Positions 9,327-20,326 are shown, counted from the first letter of the stretch. The stretch is DNA of 64,000 nt from Candidatus Peregrinibacteria bacterium CG1_02_54_53 (GCA_001872575.1 MNWP01000006.1:10679-74678); one strand, 5' to 3'. Program-made: numbers and translations. Notes: generated by a model not told the origin, from the letters alone.

Positions 9327-9866
9327 CTATATAAGCTGCGTCTCTACTCCCGCCTGTGTTCCTGCCTGAAGGTCTTCTGATGCATTACCGAAGAAATATG
9401 CCTGTGAAGCTGGAATACCAATCATCTTGAGGATCAAAAGTAAGGCGTCAGGATGCGGCTTGAGTATTGGGCAGTCATCACTTCCCACAACGATTGAGAA
9501 CACGTCTTCCAGATGTAGATGTCGCAGCACTGCGATTATCGTGGCATGTGTATTGGATGAACAAATGGCAAACGTGTAAGAATCCTTATGTTCCCGAATG
9601 AACGCGTTGATCGGATCATTTGTTACCAGTTGCTCCAGTTTGGCGATTTCTGCGCGATGGAGCAGATTGAAGCCGCAGGCGATTTCTGAGGGAGAGCATC
9701 GATCACACATTTGACCGATTCCACGATTGAGTGATGAGAAATCAATGGAGGGAAAGTGCGATTGCATGGTTCGTTTAAGGGCACCCCAATCAACGGCGAG
9801 TGATGCAATTGTTCCGTCGAAGTCGAAAATGAGCAGATTTTTGCCCTTGGGAACGGAAAGTCTCAT
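9327..9866 (-). CDS. HAD-family phosphatase
   Basis: FDFDGT motif I, KPHPD; ATGA overlap with the upstream gene. Confidence 0.88.
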   Translation of the reverse strand: MRLSVPKGKNLLIFDFDGTIASLAVDWGALKRTMQSHFPSIDFSSLNRGIGQMCDRCSPSEIACGFNLLHRAEIAKLEQLVTNDPINAFIREHKDSYTFAICSSNTHATIIAVLRHLHLEDVFSIVVGSDDCPILKPHPDALLLILKMIGIPASQAYFFGNASEDLQAGTQAGVETQLI

Positions 9867-10918
9867 TGCCATTCTTTAACGAGAATGCCGGGACAATCAA
9901 TGTGACGGCACCAGTACCAATCGGGCGGGATCGGGTTGTATTGAGGGTAGGGAGGAGTTTCTTCATTGAATGCCACTTTGATGTAGGCGTAGGGCATATT
10001 GATTCCTGCAGCAGTGAAGAAGTAGCTCGTAGTAAAGAACCTGCCTGCGTTGATCTCTGTGGGAATAGGTGTTCCCTGTGCGTTATCTCTGAGATCAACA
10101 CAGAAAACGCCGGTTGCCTGCGGATCAATTGCGCGTACAGCCCGGGTTGCCATTTCGTTCACGTCGTCGCGATGAACTGTACGCGCAATCACGGGCGTTC
10201 CGGTGATGCCCGATGGTGACAGATATGGATAGATATATTCGACCCTCTCTCGCGCTTGCGAACAGACGATCACTCCGTTTTTCCATACACTCTGAAATGC
10301 CACAATCGATCCCGGCAAAAATTGCTGGGCGATGAATTGCCAGCCGACCCTTTTCGCCTCCCAGTATCGGAGCCAGAATTCGGCGGTTTCCCGATTCTCT
10401 ACAAGGCAGCTTCCCTTTCCTGAAGCTCCCTGACTGGCTCTGACCCAGTAGGGGTAATTAAATTTTTCTTCGGCGCTGAGAAGTGCCTGGGTATCGCTGC
10501 TGATGCGTAAGGTTTCCTGAATGGGTATTCCTGCGGCTTTCCATGCCTCGGCGGAGAGATGCTTATCTTGGCATATGGCAATAGTTTTCTCTGCGGGGAG
10601 GCATACGGGGGCTTCGAGCTCGTTTCGATGTTCAGAATGAAAACACACCTCAGCATCCGTTTGGGGATAAATGAGATCTATCTTTTCTCGTTTTACGATG
10701 TCGTTCAGGCATTGCAGATATGTCGGGTCATTGCAACGTGGAACGGTGTAGGCGCTATCCACGCGGTTTTCAGGATGTGCATCGTCACGAATCCAGGCAA
10801 GATGGTACGGGTTTGAGTCGGTACCGATGAGAAAATATTTTTCAGGTGCAGATCGGAGTGAGCGGATGAAGTTCACGCCTGCTGGGCCAGCCGCGCCGGC
10901 AATCAGAATGCGCTTCAT
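9863..10918 (-). CDS. ATP-grasp domain protein
   Basis: ICQDKH, GASGKG, QQFLPG, TEINAGRF. Confidence 0.85.
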   Translation of the reverse strand: MKRILIAGAAGPAGVNFIRSLRSAPEKYFLIGTDSNPYHLAWIRDDAHPENRVDSAYTVPRCNDPTYLQCLNDIVKREKIDLIYPQTDAEVCFHSEHRNELEAPVCLPAEKTIAICQDKHLSAEAWKAAGIPIQETLRISSDTQALLSAEEKFNYPYWVRASQGASGKGSCLVENRETAEFWLRYWEAKRVGWQFIAQQFLPGSIVAFQSVWKNGVIVCSQARERVEYIYPYLSPSGITGTPVIARTVHRDDVNEMATRAVRAIDPQATGVFCVDLRDNAQGTPIPTEINAGRFFTTSYFFTAAGINMPYAYIKVAFNEETPPYPQYNPIPPDWYWCRHIDCPGILVKEWQ

Positions 10919-10920
10919 AG

Positions 10921-11631
10921 TTAGCGGGAAGAGGGCGTGATTCGTGGAAGTATAACCAAATAGAAGTAGAGCTTAAGCATATCGAACAATCCAACGAGGA
11001 CCAGACGTACGTTTGCGCCACTATTATTGCCAGCGGGGTGTGCAACGATATCAACACTGCCAATGCGATATCCGTGTTTTTTTGCTCTGATAATCCGTTC
11101 TGCCTCTCGAAAGACCCCATTCGAAATGAGGGGAATATTCACAATTTCCTTCCTTTGAAGCTTTGCACATCCCGGGTCAATGGTGTCGATTCCAAAGAGG
11201 AGGCGTGGAAGAAGACGAAAACAGTACGATACGAATGTACGCATCCATCCGTAGTGTGTTTCAGTTCTTCTGCAGATGATCATGTCGTGCTCTGGAATGA
11301 GCGGTAGCATCTTTTGCAGAATGTGTGGATCGACTTGGCCATCTGCCGCGAAATCTACCACATACTCCATTCGTGCGGCGCAATAGAGGTCTTCGTATGT
11401 TCGAGCAATGCCCTGGTTGGTGTCGTGTCGAAGCATTCGTATTACAGATGGAAAGCGCGTTAACAGAAAAGCAATGACGTGCTCTGTTCCGTCAGAACTG
11501 CCATCATTGAGAATGATTATTTCATATGGAATTTGATACGCACTCAGACAATCCACCACTGCCCGCACCGTTGATTCGATGCAGGCTTCCTCATTGTATG
11601 CCGGTATCAATACCGATATTGATGGCAGCAT
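10921..11631 (-). CDS. GT2 glycosyltransferase
   Basis: SVLIPAYNEE, NDGSSD, ADGQ. Confidence 0.9.
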   Translation of the reverse strand: MLPSISVLIPAYNEEACIESTVRAVVDCLSAYQIPYEIIILNDGSSDGTEHVIAFLLTRFPSVIRMLRHDTNQGIARTYEDLYCAARMEYVVDFAADGQVDPHILQKMLPLIPEHDMIICRRTETHYGWMRTFVSYCFRLLPRLLFGIDTIDPGCAKLQRKEIVNIPLISNGVFREAERIIRAKKHGYRIGSVDIVAHPAGNNSGANVRLVLVGLFDMLKLYFYLVILPRITPSSR

Positions 11632-11702
11632 TCGATCCTCTGCAGCCTAGCACATGCTCCACGCATTCCAGAAATATTCAACAATTTCCTGATTTCTATA
11701 AG

Positions 11703-12701
11703 TCACGTCATGGTCACAACACGATGCTCTTTGCCTGAAAGCTGAATTTTTTGAGCAATTATGAGCGCAGTAAGACTGTCGTGCCCTGTTACTGGCACTT
11801 CGCATCGACCGTGTATGGCGTCGAGGAAGATTTCGATCTCTCGTCGCAGGGGCTCTGTCTTTGTAATTGCATTGCGAATCATTTTGCCTTCACTGACTCC
11901 ACGCAGGATTCCAAGCGTGTCCCACGTTGTACTTGGAGCTGATGCGTTTTCAAAGAATATGAGATCTTGTGTGATGTAGTTGACCATGTACAGACCTCTC
12001 TCGCAATGAACGCGTATTTCGCGAATTTTTGTTGGCGTGATCCAATCGATATTAAGAGAAGCAACGATTCCTCCTTTCAGGCGGAGGACGCTCGACAGCA
12101 GATCATCAGAAGCATCAGAGAAACGATTGATTTCGGCAAATACTCGTTCAACCTCGTCATCCGTGAGGTAGCGGATGATATCAATATCATGTACGGCAAG
12201 ATCGATGATAACGCCACTGTCTTTATGGCGAGGAGGGAAAGGGCCTTGGCGGAATGCTTCAATATTGAATATCTTTCCCGCGCGGTTTTCACGCAACAGT
12301 TTGCGTAGTTCTTGGATGGCAGGATTGAAGCGTTCGATGTGACCGATCATGAGTATCAGTTTCCTGCGTCGAGCCTCTTCAATAATCTCCTGGGCTTCTT
12401 GCACACTTGGTGCAATGGGTTTTTCGATAAGCAGATGACATCCGTACTTCATGACATCCATGGCAACACGGTGATGCGCTAGTGTAGGAACGACAATGCT
12501 GACGGCATCCGGATGTGTTTCTTCAAGGAGGCGGCGATAATCGGTATATGCGGGTACACCGTAGCGTTTGGCAATAATTTGAACAGTCTCATCATTTGTG
12601 TCTGCGATACCCACAAGATCCACATCATCAATTTCATGGAGAGTTCGCACGTGGTGTTTACCCATAGAGCCGACGCCAATCACAGCAATACGTATACTCA
12701 T
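11703..12701 (-). CDS. Gfo/Idh/MocA oxidoreductase (WbpB/GnnA-like sugar 3-dehydrogenase)
   Basis: GVGSMGKHH, IEKPIA, GHIERFNPA, DLAVHDID. Confidence 0.9.
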   Translation of the reverse strand: MSIRIAVIGVGSMGKHHVRTLHEIDDVDLVGIADTNDETVQIIAKRYGVPAYTDYRRLLEETHPDAVSIVVPTLAHHRVAMDVMKYGCHLLIEKPIAPSVQEAQEIIEEARRRKLILMIGHIERFNPAIQELRKLLRENRAGKIFNIEAFRQGPFPPRHKDSGVIIDLAVHDIDIIRYLTDDEVERVFAEINRFSDASDDLLSSVLRLKGGIVASLNIDWITPTKIREIRVHCERGLYMVNYITQDLIFFENASAPSTTWDTLGILRGVSEGKMIRNAITKTEPLRREIEIFLDAIHGRCEVPVTGHDSLTALIIAQKIQLSGKEHRVVTMT

Positions 12702-13798
12702 ATGCGGTTCACAACTGCGGTAATCCTCTCGAGTTCGTCCAGAGAAAGATGTGGATGAATTGGAAGAGAGAACACGCGATCGGCCATTTCTTCGGCAACA
12801 GAAAACGATTGACCAGAAAATTCACCGACCAAATATGCCTGACGATGCACGGGGAGAGGATAAAAAATTCCTGCTTCAATGCCGTTTTTTCGGAGATCAT
12901 CGACAATGACATTACGTTTTACGGCATCCTGGAACGGGGTTTTCACTGTAAATTGATGCCACGCATGCGTGTAATTATCTCGTACGATTGGCACGCCAAC
13001 ATTGTAAAGATGTGATTGAAGGAATTCGGCATTTTGCGCACGGCATCGCTGCATCTTGTCGAATTGTGCAAGCTGGCACAGCCCGATTGCTGCAGAGATT
13101 TCATTCATGCGGTAATTAAATCCCAGCATTTCATGGTGATACCGCTGACGCATACCATGGTTACGCACCATGCGACAGCGTTCCGCAATCGTGTCATCAT
13201 CGGTGATGACGGCCCCCCCTTCTCCGCATGTGAGATTTTTTGTAGCGTAAAAACTGAAACATCCGGTCCCGAATGTCCCGGCATGTCTTTCCCGCAGTTT
13301 TGCACCGGCAGCCTGTGCAGCATCTTCAATAACAACAAGATGATGTTTCTGTGCGATGTCGAGGATATCATCCATGGCACAGAGATGCCCGAAGAGATGT
13401 ACAGGCATGATTGCGCGTGTTCGAGGGGATATTGCGCGCTCGATCAGTGCAGGATTGATATTAAATGTCTCTGATTCAATATCGACAAGAATAGGAGTAG
13501 CGCCAACTGAGAGGATGCTATTGATCGTAGCGATGAATGTGAATGGTGTGGTGATCACTTCGTCTCCTCTCCCAATGCCATGAGCCAGGAGGGCCGTACA
13601 GAGAGCGGTTGTTCCAGATGATGTGGCCACTGCGTGCCGTGTTCCACAGAGAGCGGCGAACTCATGTTCGAATCGGGAGACTACTTTTCCTTGAGCAATC
13701 TGTCCTGTGCGAAGCACGGCAATCACAGCTTCAGTCTCCGCGTCTCCCATGACGGGTCGTGACAAGCGGATAAGTTCGGAGACGACAGTGGGTTGCAT
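12698..13798 (-). CDS. DegT/DnrJ/EryC1/StrS aminotransferase (WbpE/GnnB-like)
   Basis: SSGTTAL, VHLFG, EDAAQA, SFYATKN, GEGG, GFNYRM. Confidence 0.93.
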   Translation of the reverse strand: MQPTVVSELIRLSRPVMGDAETEAVIAVLRTGQIAQGKVVSRFEHEFAALCGTRHAVATSSGTTALCTALLAHGIGRGDEVITTPFTFIATINSILSVGATPILVDIESETFNINPALIERAISPRTRAIMPVHLFGHLCAMDDILDIAQKHHLVVIEDAAQAAGAKLRERHAGTFGTGCFSFYATKNLTCGEGGAVITDDDTIAERCRMVRNHGMRQRYHHEMLGFNYRMNEISAAIGLCQLAQFDKMQRCRAQNAEFLQSHLYNVGVPIVRDNYTHAWHQFTVKTPFQDAVKRNVIVDDLRKNGIEAGIFYPLPVHRQAYLVGEFSGQSFSVAEEMADRVFSLPIHPHLSLDELERITAVVNRI

Positions 13799-13817
13799 GA
13801 AATGGGCCAGCTTTAGC

Positions 13818-15599
13818 TCATAGTACTGCGAAAATTGCCAGTGACGCAATGAGCATCACAAAGCTTGCCCAGTCAGAGAAGTGCTGCTGCGGAGAGATGT
13901 TCCACGTTACAGGAAGTCCATTGCGGAAATTCTCAAAGTTCTGCAAATCATTCACAGCAATGCGTGATCCCGGCGTACAACCATTGGCCTCAGGATAGGC
14001 ATCGCATGCCGGGTTTATGAGATTAAACGTGTTTTCCTTAGTTTGGAATACATTGCCGGTACTCAAAACGGTACTGTGCGGAAAATTTTGAATCCAATAG
14101 AGGGCAATGGGACATCGCATTCCCGTTGCTCCATCGATGTATTGTTGCCACTTTGGTGACACCTTTGAAACAGGAAGTAACGCCCGGCCACGATCAAATT
14201 TCTGTTCAATGGATTTGCAATCATTGTAGGAACGGCTGAGCTCGAATATCGAAGCTATGGCATTTGCATATCCCACATAGAAGCTTGCGAGGGTGATAAG
14301 TGACAAAAGGGCGACGATTACCCCTTCCCAGCGGCGAAAGCAAAACGGAAGAACGATACTGAGAACCCAGATACTAGCTGCAGAAAGAAATAAAAGCAGG
14401 ACGTAGAGAAATCGCAAATTAACTCTCCAAGATGAGAGAATAGGAAGTTCGTGCAGAAATGGCATGACTTCCCCTTTTCCCAGTATCATTTGTTGCATAA
14501 GCCATAGATAGAGGATCGTAAATACTGAGAATGCAAACAAGCGAGCCACCTTCCAAATCTGCCATTTTTGCGATGTTTTATTTATTCCCACCTTAATGAG
14601 GACTAAAGGGGCAAGAAGTGTACCTAAGAACGTTACAGGAGATACCAGCATCGATTTTTCGTGAAATCCTCCTGGAATGACCATAGTGGCAATGCTTGAT
14701 TGAGGAATCCTCCAGAAAACACTGAGTATTGGAAAAGAAACTATGCTTCCTCCTGTCATCCATACATCGACCTTTCGCGGATAGAATCTCATGACGCTGT
14801 AAATGGCCATGAGTTTACTTGCTCCAATAAGAAGGCTGGCGACGATGAAGCCCATTGAACGAATAACGAGTGTGCGTGAACGTGCGGAATGCAATCCGTT
14901 CCAGAGTATTTCTGCCGGAATTGCGTACAACATGCCCACAAAAAAAGACATGAGTACAAAGTAGCCACCCGCATACAGAATCCATCCGCAGGTGAGTGCG
15001 AAGAGGGCAGTGCGCGTTAGTAGTGTGCGTACGGTGTCGGTTCTTCGGTCCAAGAGGCACCAAGCAAGGATGCCGATAAGTGGGAATGTAAGAAATGTAG
15101 CGTGTCCGAGAATGATGTGCGAAAGGTAGAAACCGTTTGAAATGATGATCAGTGCAAAGAGATGAGCCCAGCTGCGCTTGAGGTGCAGAACATCCCGACC
15201 GACAAACATCCATGCGATGTATCCGATAATGAGATGGAAAACAATCGTGATGTTGTAGGCAATCCAAAAGTCCATTAAGTATGCGAGTGCCTGTAACAGA
15301 GAGAAGAAAATATCTTCGGGATCTCCGTAGAGGGGCGCCCCTCCGCAGAGGTATGGCGAATACCGCAGGGGGGTAGGGCCGTTGAGGTGCAGGTGCCAGT
15401 TTCCAATAAGAAGCTTGTCACAGAACATGGGAAAATCCCCTCCATGAAAGGGGAACCTGTAGCTGATAAACCAGAGGAAGATGGAGACAAATGCCGTGAA
15501 AACAAACCAAAAGTACCAACGTGACGGACTCAGGAACGCAGAGGCGATATTATACTTCGCTTTTTTGCCGCTCTTTCGAAGATCATTTCCACGACGCAT
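13818..15599 (-). CDS. Multi-pass membrane protein, probable GT-C fold
   Basis: About 12 TM, SPYLCGGAPLYGDP loop, soluble C-terminal domain; lies in the glycosylation operon. Confidence 0.65.
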   Translation of the reverse strand: MRRGNDLRKSGKKAKYNIASAFLSPSRWYFWFVFTAFVSIFLWFISYRFPFHGGDFPMFCDKLLIGNWHLHLNGPTPLRYSPYLCGGAPLYGDPEDIFFSLLQALAYLMDFWIAYNITIVFHLIIGYIAWMFVGRDVLHLKRSWAHLFALIIISNGFYLSHIILGHATFLTFPLIGILAWCLLDRRTDTVRTLLTRTALFALTCGWILYAGGYFVLMSFFVGMLYAIPAEILWNGLHSARSRTLVIRSMGFIVASLLIGASKLMAIYSVMRFYPRKVDVWMTGGSIVSFPILSVFWRIPQSSIATMVIPGGFHEKSMLVSPVTFLGTLLAPLVLIKVGINKTSQKWQIWKVARLFAFSVFTILYLWLMQQMILGKGEVMPFLHELPILSSWRVNLRFLYVLLLFLSAASIWVLSIVLPFCFRRWEGVIVALLSLITLASFYVGYANAIASIFELSRSYNDCKSIEQKFDRGRALLPVSKVSPKWQQYIDGATGMRCPIALYWIQNFPHSTVLSTGNVFQTKENTFNLINPACDAYPEANGCTPGSRIAVNDLQNFENFRNGLPVTWNISPQQHFSDWASFVMLIASLAIFAVL

Positions 15600-15608
15600 G
15601 ATGTGAGT

Positions 15609-17447
15609 TTAGGACGAGAAAAATCCCAAGAAGAAAAGAAAGATTGTTGTCAGTGAAAAGAGAGCGTAGATCAAATAGATACCCACAGGCCGGAGAGCTT
15701 GTGGCCCCTCTCGAATTCCTGCTACTACATAGAATGCGAGTAAAGGAAGTATAGCAAGTGAGAACCGGAAATCCTGATTTGCTGAGAAGGGGGCGTAAAT
15801 GCGATAGAAGAAGTGCGCGGCCAGAACGAAAATCACAGTGATGCCGAGAGGGAACACTTCGTGTGAATGATAGAGAGTGAGTTTTACCAAACCGTATACC
15901 AGAAAGAGGAGAAGTGCGAGTGAACATGCAAGAATCAGTACGGCAACGGCACGCAATTCGTCAGCGTATGAGAACTCACCGAAAAATGCCGATCGAAAGA
16001 AATACTCCCAAAAGAATTCTCGTGATGATGTTTCCTTCCAGGGTTCCGCGTAGGGAGATTGCAGAATACGAATAGGATTAAAAATAAGAAATGTTCGTGC
16101 ATCAGTTGGTACTGCAAGCTTCGAGTTCATAGTTTGGCTGCTGAATGTCAGACTGTTCGTTGGATTTTTTTCGACAACAAAACGAACAAAGGGGAGCCAG
16201 CCAATGAGCAGAAGGAGCAAAATGGTGGAGAACAATGCCTGAGAGCACTTTTGTCTCCAGGAGATTTTGTTATGAAATAGAAGCGAAAAACCCAGAACCG
16301 GTACGAAAACCAATGCACTTACTCGCGTTATGAATGTGAGAGCGAGGCACAAAATAAGAAGATACCACGAGCGGAGTGTCGGCCTCTTCCACCATTGGAT
16401 CAGTAATACAATCAGGAGAAAAACAAAGAAGATATAGAGGCTATTGTTCGTGATACTCACGGAGTGAAAAATCAATGAAGGGAATGAGGCAACAAGGCAT
16501 GCGAAAAGCAATCGCTCCTGTTTCTGTTTGCGTGGAAAAAGCAGAGTACCAATCCAAACGCCCAGAACGAGCGTTCCCAGTGAAAAAATCAGAGATTCGA
16601 ACTGGATAATTCTTGCAAGAGCCTCTTTTTCAAATTGAAGCCACTGCCCCAATTTCATCCACACAGCAGACAGAAAATAAAATAGGGGTGCTTGATGAAA
16701 CTCCCACCCGTCACTTGCGGGTGGAATACTCCAGTGTGATGCGACGTGCGTTACATAATCCAAGTGTGCCTGAATGTCGTTTCCTCGTGCAGAATACGGC
16801 GTTACAAGAAAATAGAATATTCGCAGGAGCGCACCTCCGATACCGATAATCCACAGAGGATGAGAAGAAGATTTTTTGTAAATCGGCCACAAGAGCGCAA
16901 GCATGTAGAGAAACGTCAAGAGCAGGGGGCTGAGATTCAATAGGATAAATGGCGGTGTTGTGTAATGCGGAGCAATGCGGAGGCCGGCTTTCCCGCCAGT
17001 ATCTTTCAGGCGGAAGACGAAGGTGTTTTCTCCGGTTTTGAGGTAGGAAGAGAGATCAAGTGCGCGGCCGTACTTTGTATAGTCACAGTACTTTGCAATA
17101 TCGGGATTCACTTCTCTGTCATTGATCATCAGTGTTTCGATGCAGTCATCCGGTTTGATTTTGAAGGTCGTCGGCTGGCCGATAGGCAGCAAAAGGGAAA
17201 GACGCATGTAGAGGTACTCCCCTTCAGATTTCACGAAGAGGGGATTTGAGCCAGTGCCGGATTGCTTCCCGTCGAATCGGTAGGCTATCTCGCCGATTTG
17301 CGGTCGAACAGCAAGACATGCTGCAATCGAAATAACAAGCAGAACGGCATATGCAAATGTCAGTCCAAACGTCCGCCTGGTCAAAAACATTCTGCGAATC
17401 GGCTTGGTGCGCGATTGAGCCGGTTTACGATGGGTACGAGTGGCCAT
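15609..17447 (-). CDS. GT-C (ArnT/PMT-like) glycosyltransferase with N-terminal beta domain
   Basis: NDIQAHLDY, WEFHQAPLFY, QDFRFS; paralog of the adjacent gene. Confidence 0.78.
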   Translation of the reverse strand: MATRTHRKPAQSRTKPIRRMFLTRRTFGLTFAYAVLLVISIAACLAVRPQIGEIAYRFDGKQSGTGSNPLFVKSEGEYLYMRLSLLLPIGQPTTFKIKPDDCIETLMINDREVNPDIAKYCDYTKYGRALDLSSYLKTGENTFVFRLKDTGGKAGLRIAPHYTTPPFILLNLSPLLLTFLYMLALLWPIYKKSSSHPLWIIGIGGALLRIFYFLVTPYSARGNDIQAHLDYVTHVASHWSIPPASDGWEFHQAPLFYFLSAVWMKLGQWLQFEKEALARIIQFESLIFSLGTLVLGVWIGTLLFPRKQKQERLLFACLVASFPSLIFHSVSITNNSLYIFFVFLLIVLLIQWWKRPTLRSWYLLILCLALTFITRVSALVFVPVLGFSLLFHNKISWRQKCSQALFSTILLLLLIGWLPFVRFVVEKNPTNSLTFSSQTMNSKLAVPTDARTFLIFNPIRILQSPYAEPWKETSSREFFWEYFFRSAFFGEFSYADELRAVAVLILACSLALLLFLVYGLVKLTLYHSHEVFPLGITVIFVLAAHFFYRIYAPFSANQDFRFSLAILPLLAFYVVAGIREGPQALRPVGIYLIYALFSLTTIFLFFLGFFSS

Positions 17448-17449
17448 AG

Positions 17450-19231
17450 TTACATTGTGACAATGATTCCGCCAACGAAGACCACCTGAAGCACTATCGA
17501 TGCGAGAACCACAACAATACCCAGCAATCGGCGAAAAGGAGAGCGAATGAAGTGCAGTCCCCGTATTGCAAAGAAGGTCACGGGCACACTCACGAGAAGC
17601 GAGAACCGGAAATCCTGTGCGCAACTGTGGGGTGTTGTAAAGCGATGAAGGGCGTGCCCAAGCAGCAGCCATCCGGCCGTGCTCCAGAGTGGTAAGGTAC
17701 GCAGTCCTTCGCGGCGTATGCACATCCAAGCGCCGCAGACTGCGTAGAGGAGCATCAGAAGCCCGCAGGTGAGAACGGCAGAAGCGAGGGGTCTGAGTGC
17801 TAGTCCGAAGTCAAATTCGCCGAAGAATGCCGACTTAAAGAAGTACTCCCAGAAGTACTGGCGGCCAGAGGCATCGTCCCACGGATTATTGTACGGGCGC
17901 ACAATCATGCGCAGTGGATTGAACTCTGTGAATGTTTCGACGGTGTTATTCACAAAGAGCCCGGGACTCAAGTTCCCCGTATTCACTACGAGAGGCTGAT
18001 CCAGCGACATGCCGTCACGCAGCGTGAAGATCCAACCGGTGAGCAGGATGAGGGCAAACACACTCGTCACGCCGACGAATGTTTTGGTCTTCAAAGCCAG
18101 TTTTCGTTTGAAGATAAGGAGTGTGAATGCGGCAGGAACCAGTAGCAACCCATTTGTTTTCGTGAGAATGGCAAGAGCGAGCATGGCGATTGCCAACCAC
18201 CATGTGATCCACCGTCCCTTCTGCCACCAAGCAATGAGGAATCCAAAACAGAGCACCTCCCACAAAAAGAGCAGTACGTCGTTATTGATTCTTGCCGAGA
18301 GAAAGAGCAGGCTCGGCAGAACGGCAAGAGATCCAAAGAAGAGCACGCGCTCCAGTTTTTCCTTCGGCTTGAACAAGGTCGTTGCTATCCATGCGATTCC
18401 TGCAAGCGTAAGGACGGAAGCGAAGAAGGCGAACCACTGCGTATCGCGTGTGAGGATCGGTAAAGCTCTTCCGAACGCCGTTCCCACATGGAGCCAAAGC
18501 CCCGTGAGCATGTAGTACAGAGGGGCTTGGTAGAACTCCCATCCGTCCCGAACCGAAGGGAGTGCGAGATGCTGGGCCACGTAGCGGATGTACTCGAGAT
18601 GTCCGTCGGCATCGTAGGCACGGACTTCGTAGGATGTTGCGAAGATGTAGAACAGGCGCAGGAAAACGCCAAAACAGAATGTACCAAAGAAGAGATTCTG
18701 CCAGCGCGAGAATGAAAGCCCTTTGGCTATCAGTACGGCACCCGATAGGAGCCCCGCAAGCAGAAGAATGCGCAAACTGAGAAGGAGCGGATCCCACCAG
18801 GCAATGCGCCATGTGAAGGAGGCCGGTCCTCCAACGTTCTGAATAGTCATGGCGACCACGTTGTTCCCCGAATGAATCGCAGAACCAAGATCGAATGTTC
18901 GTCCTCGTGAGAGATCGCAGAAAGGAATAACCCCTTCCCCTATAAGCTGTTCATTGACCGCGAGTGCTTCGATGCAGTCATCGGCAATGAGCTGATAATA
19001 CCGTGTATGCAGAGGATTGAGCTGCAGAACAAATGCAAGGTCAAGATACTGCGGTGTATCCGAAGGAGGCAGAGTATCGGTGAACGGAATCCATTCTCCG
19101 TTCTCTATATGAAACCGCCCGTCGGTGAGGCGTGGAGTGAGCTGGTGCGAGATGGCGACGTACAGAACAGTCGTGAGGAGCAGCAGAACTGTTCCCGTTG
19201 ACACCAGTAGAGGAGAGGATTTCGATGACAT
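17450..19231 (-). CDS. GT-C (ArnT/PMT-like) glycosyltransferase, tandem paralog
   Basis: YDADGHLEY, WEFYQAPLYY, RINND, LTKTNG, QDFRFS. Confidence 0.8.
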   Translation of the reverse strand: MSSKSSPLLVSTGTVLLLLTTVLYVAISHQLTPRLTDGRFHIENGEWIPFTDTLPPSDTPQYLDLAFVLQLNPLHTRYYQLIADDCIEALAVNEQLIGEGVIPFCDLSRGRTFDLGSAIHSGNNVVAMTIQNVGGPASFTWRIAWWDPLLLSLRILLLAGLLSGAVLIAKGLSFSRWQNLFFGTFCFGVFLRLFYIFATSYEVRAYDADGHLEYIRYVAQHLALPSVRDGWEFYQAPLYYMLTGLWLHVGTAFGRALPILTRDTQWFAFFASVLTLAGIAWIATTLFKPKEKLERVLFFGSLAVLPSLLFLSARINNDVLLFLWEVLCFGFLIAWWQKGRWITWWLAIAMLALAILTKTNGLLLVPAAFTLLIFKRKLALKTKTFVGVTSVFALILLTGWIFTLRDGMSLDQPLVVNTGNLSPGLFVNNTVETFTEFNPLRMIVRPYNNPWDDASGRQYFWEYFFKSAFFGEFDFGLALRPLASAVLTCGLLMLLYAVCGAWMCIRREGLRTLPLWSTAGWLLLGHALHRFTTPHSCAQDFRFSLLVSVPVTFFAIRGLHFIRSPFRRLLGIVVVLASIVLQVVFVGGIIVTM

Positions 19232-19288
19232 GCGTGCGCAAGATCCCCAGCATCATAATGGATCTCAGGCAGAGAAAACACCCGTCCC

Positions 19289-20326
19289 TTACGAAAGCCA
19301 CTTGAGCAGACGGATGATTCCCATTTTCGCCGGTTGACGATGTGCCGACGCGTTGCTCCGATGTTTCAGTTCTTCGCGATGCTGCGCGAAGTACTCGTAG
19401 GCCTTCCAGAGCATCTCTTCGTTGCGGAGTGTGGGTTGCCACGAGAGCATGCGTTTGATTTTGCTCGTGTCGAACTCAAAGTTCTCGGCGATCATTTTGT
19501 AGTGGTAGGGGCCGAGCGGTGAGCACTTGAGCCAATAGGCGATGCGCATGCCAAAAAGAGTCGGGAGCTTGGGGAGTGAGGCGATGCGCGCTCCGGTTCC
19601 CGCTTTTGTGGTGACATACTCATACACGTCTCTCAGTGACTTCACGTCATCCGAGCCTATGTGCAATATTTCCGATGAGGTTAGCTCCGTTGCTTTTTGA
19701 AAGGCGGCAATGAGGTCACCTGCATAGATGAACTGATAACGATTGTCCCCTTTGCCAACGACCCAGACCTTGCGGCCATCGGCGATGAATTCAAACAAGA
19801 TGGCGAGCAGTCCCAGCCGCTCGGCATCCATAATCGTCGGGCAGCGGATGGACGTGATATTCAGGTGGTTTTGAAAAGGCTCCAATACCCGTTCGCCTTC
19901 CCACTTCGATCGACCGTAGAGCTCAATAGGATGCGGAGGATCATCTTCTCTAATGGGACGATTCATGCTCTCTCCCCAGAGACAATTAGATGATGTATAT
20001 ACCATCGATTTCACGCCGTGGCGTGCCGCCGCTTCGGCAATATTGCGCGTTCCATCAACATTGGAGGTCCAGAGAAAACGCTTATCCGGTGCACCGTGTG
20101 CGAGAATAGCGGCACAGTGAAAGACGCTATCGAAGCGGTTGGCCCCGAAGACCGTCTCCAAAAGACTCTTATCGCGAATATCACCCTGAATACTGGTGAG
20201 TGCAGGGTCCTGATCTTCGTCCTTCACCAAATCGATATTCGTACATTCCCATCCTTGTTTCAGTAAATGGCGCTTGAGCAGGCCGCCGAAGAACCCCGAT
20301 CCTCCGGTGATGAGTGCAGACGGCAT
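19289..20326 (-). CDS. NAD-dependent epimerase/dehydratase
   Basis: TGGSGFFG, HCAA, YGRSK. Confidence 0.92.
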   Translation of the reverse strand: MPSALITGGSGFFGGLLKRHLLKQGWECTNIDLVKDEDQDPALTSIQGDIRDKSLLETVFGANRFDSVFHCAAILAHGAPDKRFLWTSNVDGTRNIAEAAARHGVKSMVYTSSNCLWGESMNRPIREDDPPHPIELYGRSKWEGERVLEPFQNHLNITSIRCPTIMDAERLGLLAILFEFIADGRKVWVVGKGDNRYQFIYAGDLIAAFQKATELTSSEILHIGSDDVKSLRDVYEYVTTKAGTGARIASLPKLPTLFGMRIAYWLKCSPLGPYHYKMIAENFEFDTSKIKRMLSWQPTLRNEEMLWKAYEYFAQHREELKHRSNASAHRQPAKMGIIRLLKWLS

